Assembly: GCA_965372535.1 (NCBI GenBank)
Contig: CBDVCR010000071.1
Span: 1-15,652 of the forward strand
Direction of reading: 5' to 3'
Origin: an uncultured bacterium
Lineage (GTDB): Bacteria; Nitrospirota; Thermodesulfovibrionia; Thermodesulfovibrionales; JdFR-86
Length of the DNA: 15,652 bases
Numbering within the stretch: the first letter of the stretch is position 1; each line of letters begins with the position of its first letter. Below are positions 15,074 to 15,652 of this stretch, in pieces. The notes under the pieces are model-generated. The model ran no database searches and was not told the DNA's origin. It was given only the letters and a program-made list of their open reading frames with translations. The position numbers and the translations under genes were made by a program.

Positions 15074-15652
15074 ATGAAGGAAATTACTCTATATGGTCCA
15101 TATTCAATTGTAAGTTCTGATCATGACATACTTTCTGATTGCCCATACTCTCAAAAGGCGGGGATATATTTGTGGGCTGTGAAAATGTTTTCAAATTATT
15201 TCAGAGTAACATACATCGGAGAGACCGGTACTTCATTTTATAAAAGAACCAAAGAGCATGTAATTCAAACGTTGGGGGGTAATTATCAAATATGTGATCC
15301 CGATGCAATGCAAAGAGGTGAATCTATAGTTGTATGGAATGGTTTATGGAGAAAAGGTTATAGGGACAAGTTTCCTGAGTTTTTGAGAAGATATGAGGGT
15401 ATTGCTACAGTGATAAAAGGTGCTCTCAGTGTCCAAAATATCTTTGTAGCTCCTATGGATGTGGATTCAAGGACACGTAAGCGTATCGAAGGTGCTTTAG
15501 CCTTTGCTGTAAGAAATAATAAAGATGCATCGTCTTTGCTTCCCAAAGACATTCGATACTTCAAGAATAAAGAAGATGAGAGTCCAATCGCTATAAGCAT
15601 CGAAGCACAATCGAAAATTGAAGGGCTGCCAAGGCAAATAATATGTGTGTAA
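15074..15652 (+). CDS. GIY-YIG domain protein
   Basis: 192-aa complete ORF: QKAGIYLWAVKMFSNYFRVTYIGETGTSFYKRTKEHVIQTLGGNY; GIY ... YIG spacing and downstream SFYKRxKEH typical of the GIY-YIG fold. Markedly lower GC than the rest of the window. TATAAT at 15063-15068 lies only 5 nt before the ATG. Confidence 0.75.
   Translation: MKEITLYGPYSIVSSDHDILSDCPYSQKAGIYLWAVKMFSNYFRVTYIGETGTSFYKRTKEHVIQTLGGNYQICDPDAMQRGESIVVWNGLWRKGYRDKFPEFLRRYEGIATVIKGALSVQNIFVAPMDVDSRTRKRIEGALAFAVRNNKDASSLLPKDIRYFKNKEDESPIAISIEAQSKIEGLPRQIICV

Noticed and set aside
1-15652. CRISPR arrays, rRNA, intact IS elements
   Set aside because: No regularly spaced repeats, rRNA-like conserved segments or transposase ORFs with terminal inverted repeats were seen.

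Overview
High-GC bacterial chromosomal window; gene content is consistent with a dissimilatory sulfur-metabolising lineage, but I did not assign a taxon. Minus strand 1-3086: a dsrC / RsbRD-like / dsrM / dsrK (truncated by the window start) locus. Minus strand 3524-7330: a gamma-glutamyltransferase / YbdK-type glutamate-cysteine ligase / M20 amidohydrolase run. Plus strand 7471-8299: a rhodanese-rubrerythrin-like protein interrupted by a +1 frameshift. Minus strand 8312-9481: a probable baeRF-family protein. Plus strand 9884-14684: the most interesting locus, five tightly packed co-directional genes encoding (1) an exported/membrane protein that looks like a FliF C-terminal periplasmic segment plus TM fused to a FliG domain, (2) MotA, (3) MotB with the TM aspartate, (4) a second MotB-like protein in which that aspartate is apparently replaced, and (5) a signal-peptide TPR protein. 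No other flagellar genes are in the window, so this looks like a compact, possibly non-flagellar rotor/stator machine. Right of about 14685 are remnants (radical SAM N-terminal fragment, tyrosine-recombinase C-terminal fragment) followed by an AT-richer region with a GIY-YIG domain protein, suggesting the edge of a mobile or accessory region. All family calls are from reading sequence motifs; no database search was run.
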